A stretch of DNA of 64,000 nucleotides from Mytilus californianus (lineage: Eukaryota): positions 42,284,001 through 42,348,000 of the forward strand of contig NW_026262679.1 of the NCBI RefSeq assembly GCF_021869535.1, read 5' to 3'. Positions 37,802 to 52,799 of this stretch are shown here, in pieces. The notes beneath the pieces are model-generated. The model searched no databases, was not told the origin of the DNA, and worked only from the letters and a program-made list of their open reading frames with translations. The number at the start of each line of letters is the position of its first letter. Position 1 is the first letter of the stretch. The translations under genes were made by a program, and so were the position numbers.

Positions 37802-39132
37802 GGACTCGGGGTGCGATGGGAACGCTGAAGTACAATGGTCCTTTCGCAGAAGTGCGATGGTTTGGCATTACGTTTGAATATTGGAACGTTTTCAGATACA
37901 ACGTTATTTTAGATACAACAGTAATTTGCAGACAGGAGGATAAGATTATGAAGTTTACATGCTAACAAAAGAAATAGAAGGAAAGGGAAAAGAAAGTAAC
38001 GAATGATTCAAGTCCAGAACATTTTTGAGCAGTGCAGGTGGAGGTCACAAAAATATGTAAAACAAAGTCAAGCAGCAAATCGTGGGGAGCAAATCGGCTG
38101 AAAGATGTCATTGAACATTGGTCTGAAGATGGGCTAACCAGTGTTCGGAAGTATGCCGCAAACTTTTTTGTACGACACTAATAAAATATTTTGCCCTTAA
38201 TATTAATTTTTACTTCTTTTCACGTATGCTTCATATGAGTTCGTGTGGACAATTGAATAATAAAATTAAATATTAGCAAATGTTTTTCTTATATCAAGTT
38301 GATATAATATTGTTTTATTCCTAAGATAAATCCTGCTTCGTCAGATAATCAGCACTCTAGCCAAATGTTATTGTGGCTACAGGGTTAATCTTCTACCACA
38401 AGTTAGGCCGTAATAAACACGACTGGTCCCTAAGTGTACTTCCTAATTTCTCCTGCTCAGCGTAGGGGCAGCTTTTAAAGTATTTGGTGAAACAAGTGAC
38501 ATGTCTCGACATAAGTCAAGCATAAATATACTTGGCGTTTTTTTCACTCTTGAAAACTGTTACGACATCAGATAAATGGAATGTTGTGAGTACTTTCTCA
38601 GCTATGACATGACGAGAAAAAGTAACATTTGATTACATGAGATGAATCCTGCGTAGAACTAGTGACCGACATGGTTGAATTTTTTTTTATAGCAATTGAA
38701 CACTTCATATAAAGACGTGTCCTCCCGCTTAAATCCAGTATACTAATTCTGAACCATCCAGTATATGTTTTGGCTCCATACTGCTTCATGCTAAGCGGAG
38801 AATTATATGATTTAAGTTTTGAAGTCTTTGGTTTCACCTGACTAGAAATCAAACCCAACCTTCTAAATGCAATGCTAGCACGCTTACCACTACACAACCA
38901 CATTAAACGTGGTTTTCACTTCAGACCATTGCATTTTAGCTAGTATACACCATCAACGTCAATGTCACAGTAAGACCATCGTACTTCAGCGTAACCACCA
39001 ACGCACTTCAGCGTAGCTATCTACAAGTTAGCGTCACATTGTCATCATCACACTTCAGCGTGTTAAAAAACGCACTTCAGCGCGGACCATCGAACTGCAG
39101 CATGACCATCGCATCGGAGTACCATCGCGGTT
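37802..39132. mobile_element. Old DNA-TE with inverted subterminal motifs (cgctgaagtacaatgg / ccatcgtacttcagcg), SINE nested inside
   Basis: Motif clusters at 37802-37865 and 38960-39132 in opposite orientation. Exact termini not resolved. Confidence 0.5.
38590..38900 (-). mobile_element. Degenerate tRNA-head SINE
   Basis: Plus strand ends gtctttggtttcacctgactagaaatcaaaccc...gctagcacgcttaccactacacaacc, the reverse complement of an A-box/B-box head. Confidence 0.55.
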
Positions 39133-39187
39133 CAGAATCCTTCACATATTTATAACTAATATGGTATCATTCAAAGTATGCACTTAC

Positions 39188-39423
39188 CCATTCACTTCCC
39201 GTTTTATTTTGTACTTGCAGCTCCACATTACCAGAAGAAGACGGCAAATCAAATAGCAATGACTCAAAACAGACTTCATACGATCTATGATTATTGAACT
39301 CTCCTCCAGTAAAACTAAAATCACATAGTTTAGGAGAAGTTTGTCCATTCCATGATAAATTATAAAATTTACTCTCTGTTAGTCGTCTTGCGTCCTCATC
39401 ACAATTATATGACGTAAACTGTA
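39188..39423 (-). CDS. Paralog C exon 2, CUB-like ectodomain part 1 (QFTSYNCDEDARRLTESKFYNLSWNGQTSPKLCDFSFTGG...EW)
   Basis: Acceptor ttatttttag (phase 1), donor TGG|GTAAGT, 236 nt = 2+78 codons. Lies within ORF 39167-39517. Confidence 0.9.
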
Positions 39424-40250
39424 CTAAAAAATAATTAAATATTTGTATATAACTAAAATTTGTAGACTTATAAAGAGAGCGAAAATTAGAATTTTTCTTA
39501 GTTTGAGAATATTTCAAGCCATTAAATTATGTTAAGACCGATTAATATTTCAGGAAATTTCCAGTGTATATACAAAAACAATCTAAACCAACAAAAATAC
39601 CACGAGACAAAAGACATTCATAGTCATAAACCATCAACAAATGATTAAACGTAGAAAGTCCGTTTAAAAGACAAACTGAATTGGAATGCAAATGGAAAAA
39701 TACAATTTTCAAATTAAATCATTTGCCAAACATTTCTATCCTGATAAAATATACATGTAATATTGTTTTCAGACAATGTATATGTGTTCATTGATACTGT
39801 TATTATCTACACTATACACAAAGGAAAATTAATATTTGGATAAAATCAACAACTATGAATTAAAGAGGAATACAAAAAACATCTGCGATCATGCATTCGT
39901 CAAAGACACAAAAAATAATACACTCAAACACTCAAGATATGATTTAATCTAACAATATTGCAAAGATGTTCCTTAAAACAACAGTTTTGTTGAAAAGCTT
40001 TCCTTCTAAAAAAAACCTTAAAACTAATAATTAATATGTATGACTAACATTCTACGAGTTTGCTTAAATTCACGACATAATAAGTATACTTACAATCAAC
40101 TGAATATATTCCATAACAACTGTTGATATGAAGACAAAACAAGAACACGACGGCAAAAGTATGCTCTCTAGTGACCTCCATTCTAAAAAGCATTAACACA
40201 GATTATTTCACGTGTTTTAACCTCAATGTATATAACTACTGGTGTGTAAA

Positions 40251-43097
40251 TATGGAACGCCACAGCTGTCTTATGTGGAACTCTGATATTACTTTATGTT
40301 GTTTTATTATTACTTGATGATATTTTGTCTTTACTTAATATGGTTTTGACATTACGTTATGATTTTTTGATATAACTCAATATGGAATAATCATTACTTA
40401 ATGATATTTCGATATTACACGATATGGTTTCGTATTGACTTGATATAGTTTTGTCATTACTCAATATAGTTTTGTCATTACTCGATGTGGTTTCACCATT
40501 ATTTAATGTGGTTGTGTCATTAGTCAATGTGGTTTTAACATTACTTGATGTGAATGTGACTTGACGTTATGTAGTTGTTTCATTACATGATGTGGTTTTG
40601 TTATTTTGTAATGATGATTTGCCTATTCTTTATATGGTTTTAACATTACGTAATGATGTTTCAAAATTTGACGATTTTACACTACATGATGTGTTTGTTT
40701 CATTATTTGATGTGGTCCTGTCATTCTTTGATGTGGTTATCCCATTACTTGATGAGGTAAAATCACGTGACCAATTCGGAAAAACCTGTTCTATTTTTAG
40801 ATAGATTTCCATGTTGTATGTGCCTTGGATGAGTGTGGCCATCCATCGAATTAGAGTTCAAATTAAAGTTCGGGTTACTGTTTGAGTTAAACTTTGAGTT
40901 AGTCTTCGATTTCGAATTCAAGTCATTATTAGAATTAAAGTTTTAATTAGCATTGAGTTTCGAGTTGGACTTCGAGTTTGAGTCACATTTAAAGGTAGAG
41001 TTCTAGTTACAACATTAAATTTGAGTAACTTTTTGAGGTAGAGTTTGAGTAAGATTCGAATTTAAGTCTCATTAAGATTAATTAAGATTTTGAGTTGAAA
41101 TTCGAGCTATTTTATATGAGTTCGTAATTAAATTTTCTATCGCGGAACAAGGACTTTTACTCGGGCTTCCGAAAAGAGGGCTCCGGGGTATGCGTACAAA
41201 AGATAAACGCAACATAGAAGTTGAAATAAAGTTAGATGTGGTGTGATTGACAATGAGACAACTATCTACCAGAGTTTAAATGCAGTGGATGTAAGAAATC
41301 ATATATAGGCAACCGTACAGCCTTCAACACAGCGTATAGTCATCTACAAAACGCCACCATGCACCATGTGAAAAAATTCAAACGAAAAAACAAACGGTCT
41401 TATTTATAAATAAACAATCTACAAAAAAAAGACATACATTTATACAACGACAACAATTGAACTGCATGCTCCTGACTTGGGGCAGGTACATAAAGAAAGT
41501 GCACGTGGCGGAGTTTAACATGTATGTGAGCGCTAAATCCTAACCTTACATCGGACTGTTACAGTTGTGTAACAGCACAAAACGAGAAAAAAAATGTAAA
41601 CTAGACAAAGTGATGCCCCCGCACTCAACTCATTTAACCGCTTATGTCCCAAATTGACAAAAAAAGTTCGATTATCTCCCAAAAGAGCAAAAGATGATAA
41701 AAATAAAAACCCTGTCCACATGCACACCTTCAATATATGTACAAACAGACAGTAAAGAGAAACTTCCTAGGATTCAAACTGTAGGAGGAGTTAAGCGGAA
41801 TAACTGTATACCCATAATGGGACGGACAGACGGACGGACGGACGGACGGACGGACATGGGTAAAACAATATGCTCCCCCCCCCTCCCAACTTTCAGTTGC
41901 GGTAGCATACAAAACAGTTTCATTTGGCTGGTTCAATAGATCGGTATGACTGGGTAATATAAATCCATCGGGGTGATCTCGGATGCTCCAGAAAGGCACT
42001 CGTCGTGTTATTCGAGAAAGTACAAACCCAGTGATTTGGTTTTATTTGGTAGTTTACATTCAAGGAAAAGATGACGGCATTATGGTTACGACCACTGGAA
42101 CATGTCCGTCGTCACATGTGAAACAGATATTCCAAAAGTTTATTTTTCAATTAGTGCGAGGTAGATCAGGGAATTCAATTGATTACAAATAAAAGATTGA
42201 TATTCGTATAAGTACAAATGACACATGTACATTTAAGCTAAAAAAATTCGGAGAATTCTTATTTTATAGTATTGATGCTTTGTCGCTTAGTCCGAGCCCC
42301 AAAAATACTGCTTCCGTTTGAGAACTTAGGATAAAAACAACAGGACCAAGTGGTTTGGGGATATCTTAATTATGTCCGAAATACTGTAAACGTTTTAATA
42401 CTTTTTTTCTTATTATTGTCTGCCGTTCCCCTTTTTCATACCAAGTAACTCTGAACAACCACTCGAACTTTAATTTGAACTTTAACTCAATGGATAGCGA
42501 TACCCATCCAAAGCACATTAAACAAACGATATATTGAAATCTGTTTAAAAATAGAACATATTTTTTTTCCGAATTGGTCACGTGGTTTTACCTCATCAAG
42601 TTATGGGATAACCACATCAAAGAATGACAGGACCACATCAAATAATGAAACAAACACATCATGTAGTGTAAAATCGTCAAATTTTGAAACATCATTACGT
42701 AATGTTAAAACCATATAAAGAATAGGCAAATCATCATTACAAAATAACAAAACCACATCATGTAATGAAACAACTACATAACGTTAAGTCACATTCACAT
42801 CAAGTAATGTTAAAACCACATTGACTAATGACACAACCACATTAAATAATGGTGAAACCATATCGAGTCGTGACAAAACCATATTGAGTAATGACAAAAC
42901 TATATCAAGTCAATACGAAACCATATCGTGTAATATCGAAATATCATTAAGTAATGACTATTCAATATTGAGTTATATCAAAACATCATTACGTAATGTC
43001 AAAACCATATTAAGTAAAGACAAAATATCATCAAGTAATAATAAAACAACATAAAGTAATATCAGAGTTCCACATAAGACAGCTGTGGCGTTCCATA
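40251..43097. mobile_element. Non-autonomous DNA transposon with ~560-bp TIRs made of ~21-bp tandem repeats, IS3EU-like termini
   Basis: TATGGAACGCCACAG...CTGTGGCGTTCCATA. 6-bp TSD TGTAAA at 40245-50 and 43098-103. Arms 40251-~40809 and ~42536-43097 are near-perfect inverted copies. No transposase inside. Confidence 0.85.
41599..41912 (+). mobile_element. HINE-like element with (GGAC)n microsatellite, nested in the long-TIR element. Similar pieces at ~59880-60420 and ~60620-60990
   Basis: ggacggacagacggacggacgg followed by C-run and cccaactttcagttgcggtagcat hairpin-like end. Confidence 0.55.
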
Positions 43098-46000
43098 TGT
43101 AAAAGTATTTCATTTCTTTTCTTGACTGCGTCGCATGAATTTTAAACCACAAATAAAAATCTATTATAGAATATAATAGATTTATAATTTCAACTTTTTT
43201 AGATGAAGCATAAATGTTTAATTTTTGTTTTCTTTAAAAGGCATCCACGCAAAATAGAGACAGAAAATACTATACTTATAAATAGAAGAAAAATTCCATT
43301 GCAAAAAAGAGAAAAAAGATCAAAAGACAAATAGTTAACAAAACACAACATAGAAAACAAAAAACTGAGCAAAATTATTTATCGTAGCGAGCAAAAATTA
43401 TAACACAAAGTAAACGATACAGCACTAGTTTTTAATCTACAAGTTGTGCAAACAAGTGGGAAATCTAGTGACAAAATATTACCTTCACTGTAAATACTAA
43501 AAACTAGATCTTCTCAATGTTTGTCCCTTTTTAGCAAGGACGCTATCAATTATGGATTCACTGGAAAACGTTCTGGTGAATAGTAAAATTAGAAATAAGT
43601 TGAAATAAAAAAAAACTTCCATTCAATGTTATCATTTCCTTCCTTAAGTAGCAAACGACGAGTACAGCAGGCTATATAATCTTGATGTAAAATTGGTTTA
43701 AAATGTTGCTATGCAAATAAATTTCTGGAGTACTAGCTTCAAATTATTTTTTACTGGCTGTATACCTTTCTGGAACATGCTAATAATTCGTATATGTATA
43801 TACAGCTAGATCAGAGAAAGTCAGGGAAAATATTCCAAAGGAATCGATTGATATGCAGCAAAGATTTGCACTTTTGAAATTAAGTTACTAAGCAAATTCA
43901 AACGGACCTTATCTCGATGTAAACATTGAATGTGAATAGATCGAGAAGAGCGCAAATACATGTACAAAAATCGAGACGACCTTTTCTTTAAATTGTATAA
44001 AAGATAGTAGAAAGATACCTACTTTATATTTATCTTTAATTTCTTAACCTGCACAGACAGACTTTTTTAATTTTCATATTCACGAAAAGACAATATTTCT
44101 CTTTTGAATGTACATGTGACAAGAGCAGACCGGTGTGCTCGATAACTTAGGTGTGAAAAAATAAGTATACTTTGAGAACTGGTAACATGCTAAGGACTTT
44201 GTGGAATTTGTGACCCGAAAGATCTTTAGATTTTGTATTTTCATGATTTTTTCCATTTTTTTTTTTTTATCAATATGCAGCAAAGATTGGCATTTTTTAA
44301 ATTTCATTTTCACAAGCTTCTAATGCAATTATCTCGATAATTACTGAACATAAAACATCGTGTATTTGCATGTATATTTCTAGTAACACAGTTTAACAAA
44401 TAATTTCTTTAAAATGAAAAATTATTATTTGGAAATCACTTTTGGTCAGTATCGTCACCGGCATTGTTTTATTATTGACTTTCTCGACTCTATCATAATA
44501 AGAGTGAATTTTCTTTTGTTTTCGTTCACTGGATATCCCACTGAAACTATATTTAACAAATGCTTTAAGAAATAATTTATCAATGTAGTTGTCATCATTC
44601 AACAAATGGTCATTCTCTGTATTATCAGAGTTTGATTTCAGCAAAAATTTCTACTGGTCATTACAGGTACAAAGTGGATGTCTAATTATTTCCTTACAAC
44701 CTTGACTACAGTTCGGTATAGCTCTGACGTCGGATGGTTTTCATAGGGCGGTCAGACACCAGAGCAATCTTAAGATCTTAAAGATAATATTACTATATTC
44801 TAACTAATTATATGCGTTTAGAACAAGTCACATGTTAAACTATATTTTCAGAGGTAGACTTAAAACAGCCGAAAGAAGAGTGAAATAGCACGGTTATTTT
44901 TTTTAGAATATCTGACACAATCAAAACAACCAATCAAATGAATTGGTGCTCTTCTTCTCGCTTATTGATAATAGTAATATGACAATATACCGTATAAATA
45001 ACCGGAAGAAAAGTGCCGTTATGAACTTTTACAATCAGTTCAAAAAGTGCTTTATATGATTAGCAGAACATTAATGAGTGTCGTTTTAAATTGAATATTT
45101 CTTGTTTTAAATGTTTCTTTATTCTTAAATATAATGTTTCTTTATTTCAAGTACCTAAATAGATTATAGATTTCAATAATTTACAACTTAATCCGATGGC
45201 AATTAAAAGTGCAAAAGATAATACATGTATCTTACACTCAACTACAAAAGAAGCAAGTATCGCTATTTTACTAAGTTTAGCCGGAGGGCAATAATCCGAT
45301 TATTATTGCATATTATTGGACAATAATAGATATATTTTATCAGAACCTTTTGTAATGTTTTAAGATCCTTAACTTTGAATTAATGTATAATTGTTTTGTA
45401 AACTGTTGCTTGGGCAATCTACCCCTAGCTCTCAAGCTGTAAACTTGTCTGTGAATAAATTTGTATATATTGTATAGGTCTTGAGTGTAAGGCATCCACA
45501 GTGTCGATTATAGACCAACAGACTTTAATGTAACCTGTAGGAATTTACGGGGTTATAATTATAAAGGCTATAATTGTATAGTATCGCACGAATTTCCCCA
45601 CATGAATCTACAAAAGATGATAGAATGATAGCAATAGCATAAGCTAATTCCAAGTTTTGTATAATTATGAATATAAATACATATTTTATATAGTATATGT
45701 AAACAGTGTAACATATTTTTTTCGTTCATTATTTTGTACATAAACTAGACCGTTAGTTTCCTCGTTTAAATTGTTTTACATTTGTCATTTCGGGTCCTTT
45801 TATAGCTAACTATTCGGTATGGGATTTGCTCATTGTTGAAGGCCGCATGGTGACCTATAGTTGTTAATTTCTGCGTCATTTGGTCTCTTGTGAAGAGTTG
45901 TCTCATTGGCAATCATACCACACCTTCTTATTTTCATATGACATTGTAATTTTTTACGTAAAACATTATTATTTTCTGTATTCAACACTCTGAGATAATA

Positions 46001-49000
46001 TCACCATACATGTAGATATGTAACTAAGACATTGAATAATAATACAGGCTGTTTGTTACATGTACATTAAAAACAATCCCAACTGAACGGGTTTTTAAAA
46101 GTATTTCTAATATGTTTCCCCATTGTTACTGTTGATTTATAAATACGGATTGACGTTTAACTTTGTGTGATGTACATTGTATATTGTGTTTCCTTGATTT
46201 AGATATTAATTTTCTTACTCATTTAAGAAAGCGAAGTCCTTATATTTTGCACAGAATATTTCCTTTGTTTTAAATCATCCTTAGAATCAATAATTTTAGT
46301 AAATATCAAGCATATTGCACATACTATATAAACTAATTAGGGCATAGTAACGGGTCTTATTTCTACATATATTATGACCTAAATATCGATATTGAATGGG
46401 ATTTAAAAACAGGTTTATTTATAAATATTTATTTAAATTATGTCCAACCTAGTTTATGAGTTCTATAAATGATAGTAAAAGTTTAATGTCAATTTTAACT
46501 TATCATAGAACTTAATATACTGACTTACAAATCGTCAAAAATTGACGAAAAGTACAGAAAAGCACTTGCGCCTTATTCCCCTAGAACGGACGAGTCTAAA
46601 TAGAATTAAACTTATATGACAGATAAACAGTCCTTCGACTGATATATACAAATAACAGTCGAAAATGGAACACGATTTAACGGTTATATTATTTAATATT
46701 TGAAGCTTCAAATAAACACTGTGGGATGTTTGTGTGTGTGAGAGATAATGATACACCTTTTCGTCGTTATTAAGTACGAGAGGTTAGCACGTAAAATCAA
46801 ATATTACGTAATTAGATAAAATTTGAATTTTAAGTATTTGTTTGTTTTGTTATGAAATGAATTATTTGTTGTTGTAATTTTGAAGTTATAGATATTCCGA
46901 TAATAACTTTTAAGATACCAATTTTACTGCAACTGTAAACTCCAAAATTCTATTTTGATTTTTTTTTTCTATATTTCAAAATTCAATTTTCAGTCAGTTT
47001 CAATCATAAATCTTTTTTCAATATGATAAATGTGCTCAATTATGACGTCATAGTTTTTTATGAATAAGAGCTTGCTGGATTTTATTTTTGACAAAATGTT
47101 TACATATTTTGTAATCAAATTTTTATTCTTATTGCTTATGTTACATTTCATGGAATGTTAGGGCCAATACCTACTCCTTTATATTTATAAAATTCAAATT
47201 TCTAAAAATGATTTATTATTCTATAAAAGAGTTTATTAAAACACTATACAGACCTCATTCACAACTGACCAATGAATGTTCTGCACAGAAACTTTTTTTT
47301 TATATTTGGCATTTTTTTATCCGTCAGTAATCAGGAAATATATTCTTAAATACCAGACTATTAAAAATCACGAAGTAAATCTCTTCCAACAATTAATTTT
47401 TTAAATAGCTTGTTTTCCAACTTCCTATCAAATATACCCAAATGCATAAGGTTCTTGAAGTTTATTCATGTAAATGTTCATTTTGGTTTGAATTTCGCAC
47501 TTTGCCTACGCTACATGGCATGCGAATTCAAAATGATGACATTAGTGTCGTCTGTCCAGTCCAAATGATTTGTGAATTTTTATTTTACAAAAAAAGCAAT
47601 GACTGTAAACTTCAATGAATAAAATCGTTTTTAAACATAACAATTGTAACATCTTCAGGATCAAGTAATGTAGATTTGAGATGTTCGTTCAAAATGTGTA
47701 TGAACGATATATTTTGGAAAAATGCATCATCATTTTTTCAAAACAATGTACTACAGTTATTTTAGTCATCCGTCGTTCACTGTCTTCGTCTTAATTCAGC
47801 GAACACTCTGATCTTTCCTAGCTTTATAGTTGCTCGCTGTAATTATATTTCGGAATGCTGAGTCCACAATGGTCATAAAGTTTTTGGCCTTTTAATTTTT
47901 TCATTCGATCGTCACTGATGAGTCTTTCGTATAGTGACCGAGCGTCTGTCTTACATAATTATAAGCCTGGTATCGTTGATGAGTTTCTTATTTGTCAAGA
48001 CCACAATAAGACAAAAGTCAACATAGTAAAAAAATATTGGAACAATATATGGTAATGTTGAGTGTTTTGTAAAGAAATAACTAAAAATAACCATAACATT
48101 ATAGTTTTCATTATTATCGTATAAATGGAAATATAACATTATATTAAGTGTATAGGCATTGCACTAAATACTATCCTGTACAGTTTACAAAGATAAATTC
48201 AAGAAGATGTTGTATAAAATATACTCTGAAATCAGCCATTGATAATAAAGTGTCTTTTTCGATGATATCATTATGCTGCTATGTAGTTTTAGCTCTCTTA
48301 GTTACTTCTAGAATTCTATGAAATTGCACGTCTTATTGTTGTACTGTTTGTACTTTTTTGTACTTTATAGTTATTATATATTGGACTGATTTTACTCTAT
48401 TGATTTTAACTGCACCTACATGTGTTTACAATGTATAATTCAACTGATCGAGATTAAAGAAGGAGAAGATGAAATATTTCAAAAACTTAAAATGTGTTCT
48501 TGTACCTGTCGGCATATCGTTGATGGTAAATCACGTTAAATAAATCCCTTTCTTTCTTAAGACATGAGACGGTTTTGGGCTTGACGTTTTGTATAGGCAT
48601 CTGTCTAATAGAAAAACAAAGGATACTTGTATGGGGTATCCATCCATGACACAAAATCAGTACATGCACAGCAAAAAACACACAAAAAGCAAAGGAACAG
48701 TGCTTTTATTGCTGTTCTTCATCTCAAAGTCACAGTGGGGCCTTCAACAGGGAGCAAGACAACTCTCATCTCACTGCAAGTTTAAGACGGCCCCTAGTAC
48801 CGGATTGAACGGAATTCTTTGCAAATATAATTTGGATAGACTTTGTAAGATGTAACACCACCTAATCGGGTCCGGTCAAAAAAGAACATATTGCAAAGTA
48901 GTACATATAAACTTTTACAGTATGTTGACTTACGATGTCTTGATTGTTCTGTGTCGTTGGTTTGTTGTCTCATCAAAGTATACCTCCCATCACGTTTTAT

Positions 49001-52000
49001 TAAATCCCTGGACTTCTCCCAAAAATAAAAAAAAAAATAGAAAACAGTAAATCCTTGCTAAAGTGAAGTCCGTTAAGCTGTGTGGAATGTATACATACGC
49101 AGTCACTTTCAGTCGAAATCGGAACGTTTAATCCGAAACGCAAATGAAAAATGGGGGCTGGCTTTATTCAGACTGTGTTAAGCAGGAACAATCGATCAAT
49201 CCTGGTCGACCTACCAACTGTATTAATTGTTAGTTTGTTTTCGTCCTCAATATACATGTAACATTTGTCACTGCACGTTAATCAATCAACCAATCTATTC
49301 ATTTATATTTTTTTATTGTGCTTAACACATCCATAACTGCAACATGGAGTTCAAAGTGTGTAATATATACCTCGTGTGAATAAGGATGTGTTTCATCAAC
49401 TTTTCATCAATCTCTTTTCGTTTCGATAGCACTTTGATGTTTCGTCTGTACACTTGTTCATCATTTTTCCTTACATGAAACTTTGGTATCATGAATACTT
49501 TGGGAGGAGCTCGAATATAAACATGCAATTACGAATTATGTTTTGGAGAAGGGTCTGTTCCAATGGAGATGGGTAGTCGACTCCTTTTATAGCTTTTGGT
49601 ATTCAATGATCGCCATGACGATTTTAACCAATTTTTCATAAGCGGGTTATAGCATAAACGATGCCAATTTAAATGCACAAGATGCGTAAACTATCATAGT
49701 AGAGAAACCGCAAACGGTTAAATAAGATCTATCATCATGTTAAATAATCTAAATCAGCAATTAGATCCTAAAAGGAGTTATTGCTATATATTCCAGAACG
49801 ATTTTAGTTATCATAGCCTATGTGATGGTTGCAAAAACTACAGTAGACAGAGATAACTTTTGAAACTCAATCATCAAAGATGACAGGGAAAGTCTGCAAA
49901 TAAGTTAGTATGATCGAAATTGTAAGTCTACTACTCATAAGAGCTATTTTCTTTAATTAACGATTTCTCCAATTTTGCGTTTTTTGACAATTGTCATGTA
50001 AACTGTAATAAATAGAGAGAAACTTTAAGTAGCAAAAGCAGTTAGCAAAACAAGATGTAACATAAGTAAAACGGCGAAAATCGTCAGTTGATCCCACACA
50101 GAAAATCATCGCCCTTAATAAACGGAACGTCTATCCGTTTTCTGTCTTTATGGAAACTTTATAAGATAAAGATAGTGACACTCTAGAAACAGCAAATACC
50201 GGTATAATCACCTAGACAAGATCTGCAAATGAATTCAGGTGACTGCGATCGTAATTTGCAGCGATATAACAGTCATTGCCCCTCAATGACGATTTATTTT
50301 CTTTCGGTTCTACTCTCCTTCCCCTAGTATGATTGGACAGGATGCAATGTGGTCACACTACTTTATAAATGGAGGTTAACTTAAACGACATAGACATGAG
50401 AAAAACTGCAATAATCCGACAACACTATTAACAGATATAAACGGGCTTCGATAACAGAAAATAGTCAAACTGTATATTTCAAATGAATACGTTAACTACT
50501 TGTAAATGAATTTGACACGGACTGTTGTAAAAAACACTTATAAGATTGTTAATTCGTCTATCCAGCGGATTGATTCATTTGTAAGATGGTAGACTACGTT
50601 ATCTAAAAAAACTGGAAAAGACAAATGAGTAAGGAAAAGCTGATGTTTATGTTTAACTGACAGAATGAAATGAAACGTATTGTTGGCCCTCTTGTTAAAC
50701 GATTTGACTATGCCCCCATTTATACTGAACATCAAACACATGTTAATAAATCAGTCCTATTTCACTATTTTACCCTTCCACATTTGTATTTTAAAATATA
50801 CGTTTGAGTTTTGCAAATGGCAACTGATTTTTATTAGCTGCCAGTTCAGAAGAGGAACAGGAAATAGAAACGATTTCAACATCTAAGGTAATTTCATAAT
50901 TAGTAAATAATAAATTGCTTATATTTTTAAAAACAAGGAGATAATAATAATGATTGCCTAACAGAAAATGTTAACCCCGCCACATTTTTCATGTGCCTGT
51001 CCCAAGTCAGAAGCCTGTAGTTCAGTGGTTATCGTTAATTCATGTCTGTCATATGTGTTTTTCTTAAATTGTTTTGTTATGATTTTGGCCGTTATTTTTC
51101 TCGTTTGAACTGTTCCACATTTTTCATGTCGGGACTTTTTTTAGCCGACTATACGGTATGGGTTTTGCTCATTGTTGAAAAATTGCTTTTATCCACCTAT
51201 TTGAGCTTTAATGGATAGTTGTCTCATTAGAAATCATACCAAATCTCCATATGTTTGTATTCATAACAACATCTAAAGGTTACTGTACATCTACAGGTTC
51301 CTTCAACAATAAGCAAAATACATACTGTGCAGTAGTCTATGCTAAAAACCCGGTATGTGAAACTATTCAAACGAGAAAACTTGCAGCTTGATTTATTGTG
51401 CACAAACAAAAATGCTGAAAATTGCTTAAATTCTTGAACAGCGAAAACAACAAATTATTTCAAAGACAATATATTTTTCTAACATATTTGATGAATACAA
51501 GGGACTGGGGAAATCATTTTTGAATGCTTTCATTGCAAGTCATGTTTTTCTAATGTTGACAATATCTTTGCCACACGATCATGAACAGTTTGACTACTTT
51601 AGAATATCTTAGCTTTTTGTCTGTTTCTTGACTGTATCACTCTGTTTGTATATATTATAGGAAAGTCAATTGTATTTGATATGTTGAGCTTCCTCCGGTA
51701 CCATAATGATACTTGATGCCATCTGTTACTTCTGAGTGATTTCTTGCTTTTTACTAGTTGGATTAAAAACAAAGACAGGCGAAAGATACCAAAGGAACAT
51801 TCAAACTCGAAAGCAAACTGACAATGCCATAGCAAACAACGAATAGCAAATTTAACGAAAAACGACGAAAAGACAAACAACAGTACACAAAACACAACAT
51901 AGAAAACTAAAGACTGAGCAACACAAACCCCATCTAAAACCGGGGGTGATCTCAGGTGGTCCGGAAGGGTAAGCAGATCATGCTCTACTTGTGGCACCCG

Positions 52001-52799
52001 TCGTGTTGCTCATGTAAAAAGTAAAATAACAAAAATACCGAACTCCAAGGAAAATTTAAAACGGAAAGTCCTATATCAAATGGCAAAATCAAAAGCTCAA
52101 ACACATCAAACGAATGGAAAACATGGAAAGTACAAGCCCGGTGATAAGTCTAAATCGGCAGGTCACAATCGGGGAAAAGGGGACAGGATTGTGGGGGCTG
52201 AAAGTAGAAATAGATGAAGCCTATTAATGTTAAGGTCGGTAGATCAAATTCATAATGTCAAAAATAGCTGTACATTGTATGACATTTTCAAGATCTTGGT
52301 TCATTGAAGCAATTGCTTAAAGACTGCTTTAAATTATTTTTTTTTTAACTTTTATTAGGCATGTAACTCCAGATCTTGTCGGTTAGCCTGTATCATGGGA
52401 AACCCAATTTGCTTTCTAGATAGATCCATATTTAGTTGTGTTAATGGATGATGACTCGAATATGCCATTATGAATTTATAATGCATTTACTACATGTACA
52501 AGTTATGATTACGATAAAAGTGATTTTTTTCTTTGTACCTTCAAGCATAGAAAATTGAAACACAGAGACAGACAATACATCTAACAAACATTTGTTTTCT
52601 TTCAATAAATGTGCAATATGGGTAGCATCTGTTGGTAGGGCCAATTTTTTACTTGTATTGATTTTGTATGGACATTACGGTTATCATATTTTGTTATAAG
52701 GATATGATCAAACCAGCCCTGATATAACCCAATCTTGTGCAATGCCCAAATTAATTAAATGTACAGAAAAAATAAAAAGAGGCAATTAGGCATGTTTTG

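Noticed and set aside
40592-43054. ORFs with 7-aa periodicity (TTISNNDK-like) in the long TIRs
   Set aside because: Translation of the 21-bp tandem units, appearing on both arms. No evidence of coding.
43480-44644. Exon-like minus-strand pieces including ORF 44393-44644, plus 49322-49528 and 51480-51770
   Set aside because: May be further gene relics, but I could not build phase-consistent joins or recognise motifs. Too weak to call.
45220-45290. Hydrophobic stretch before a GTAAGA donor as a possible exon 1 of C
   Set aside because: No ATG before the upstream in-frame stop and no similarity to the other first exons.
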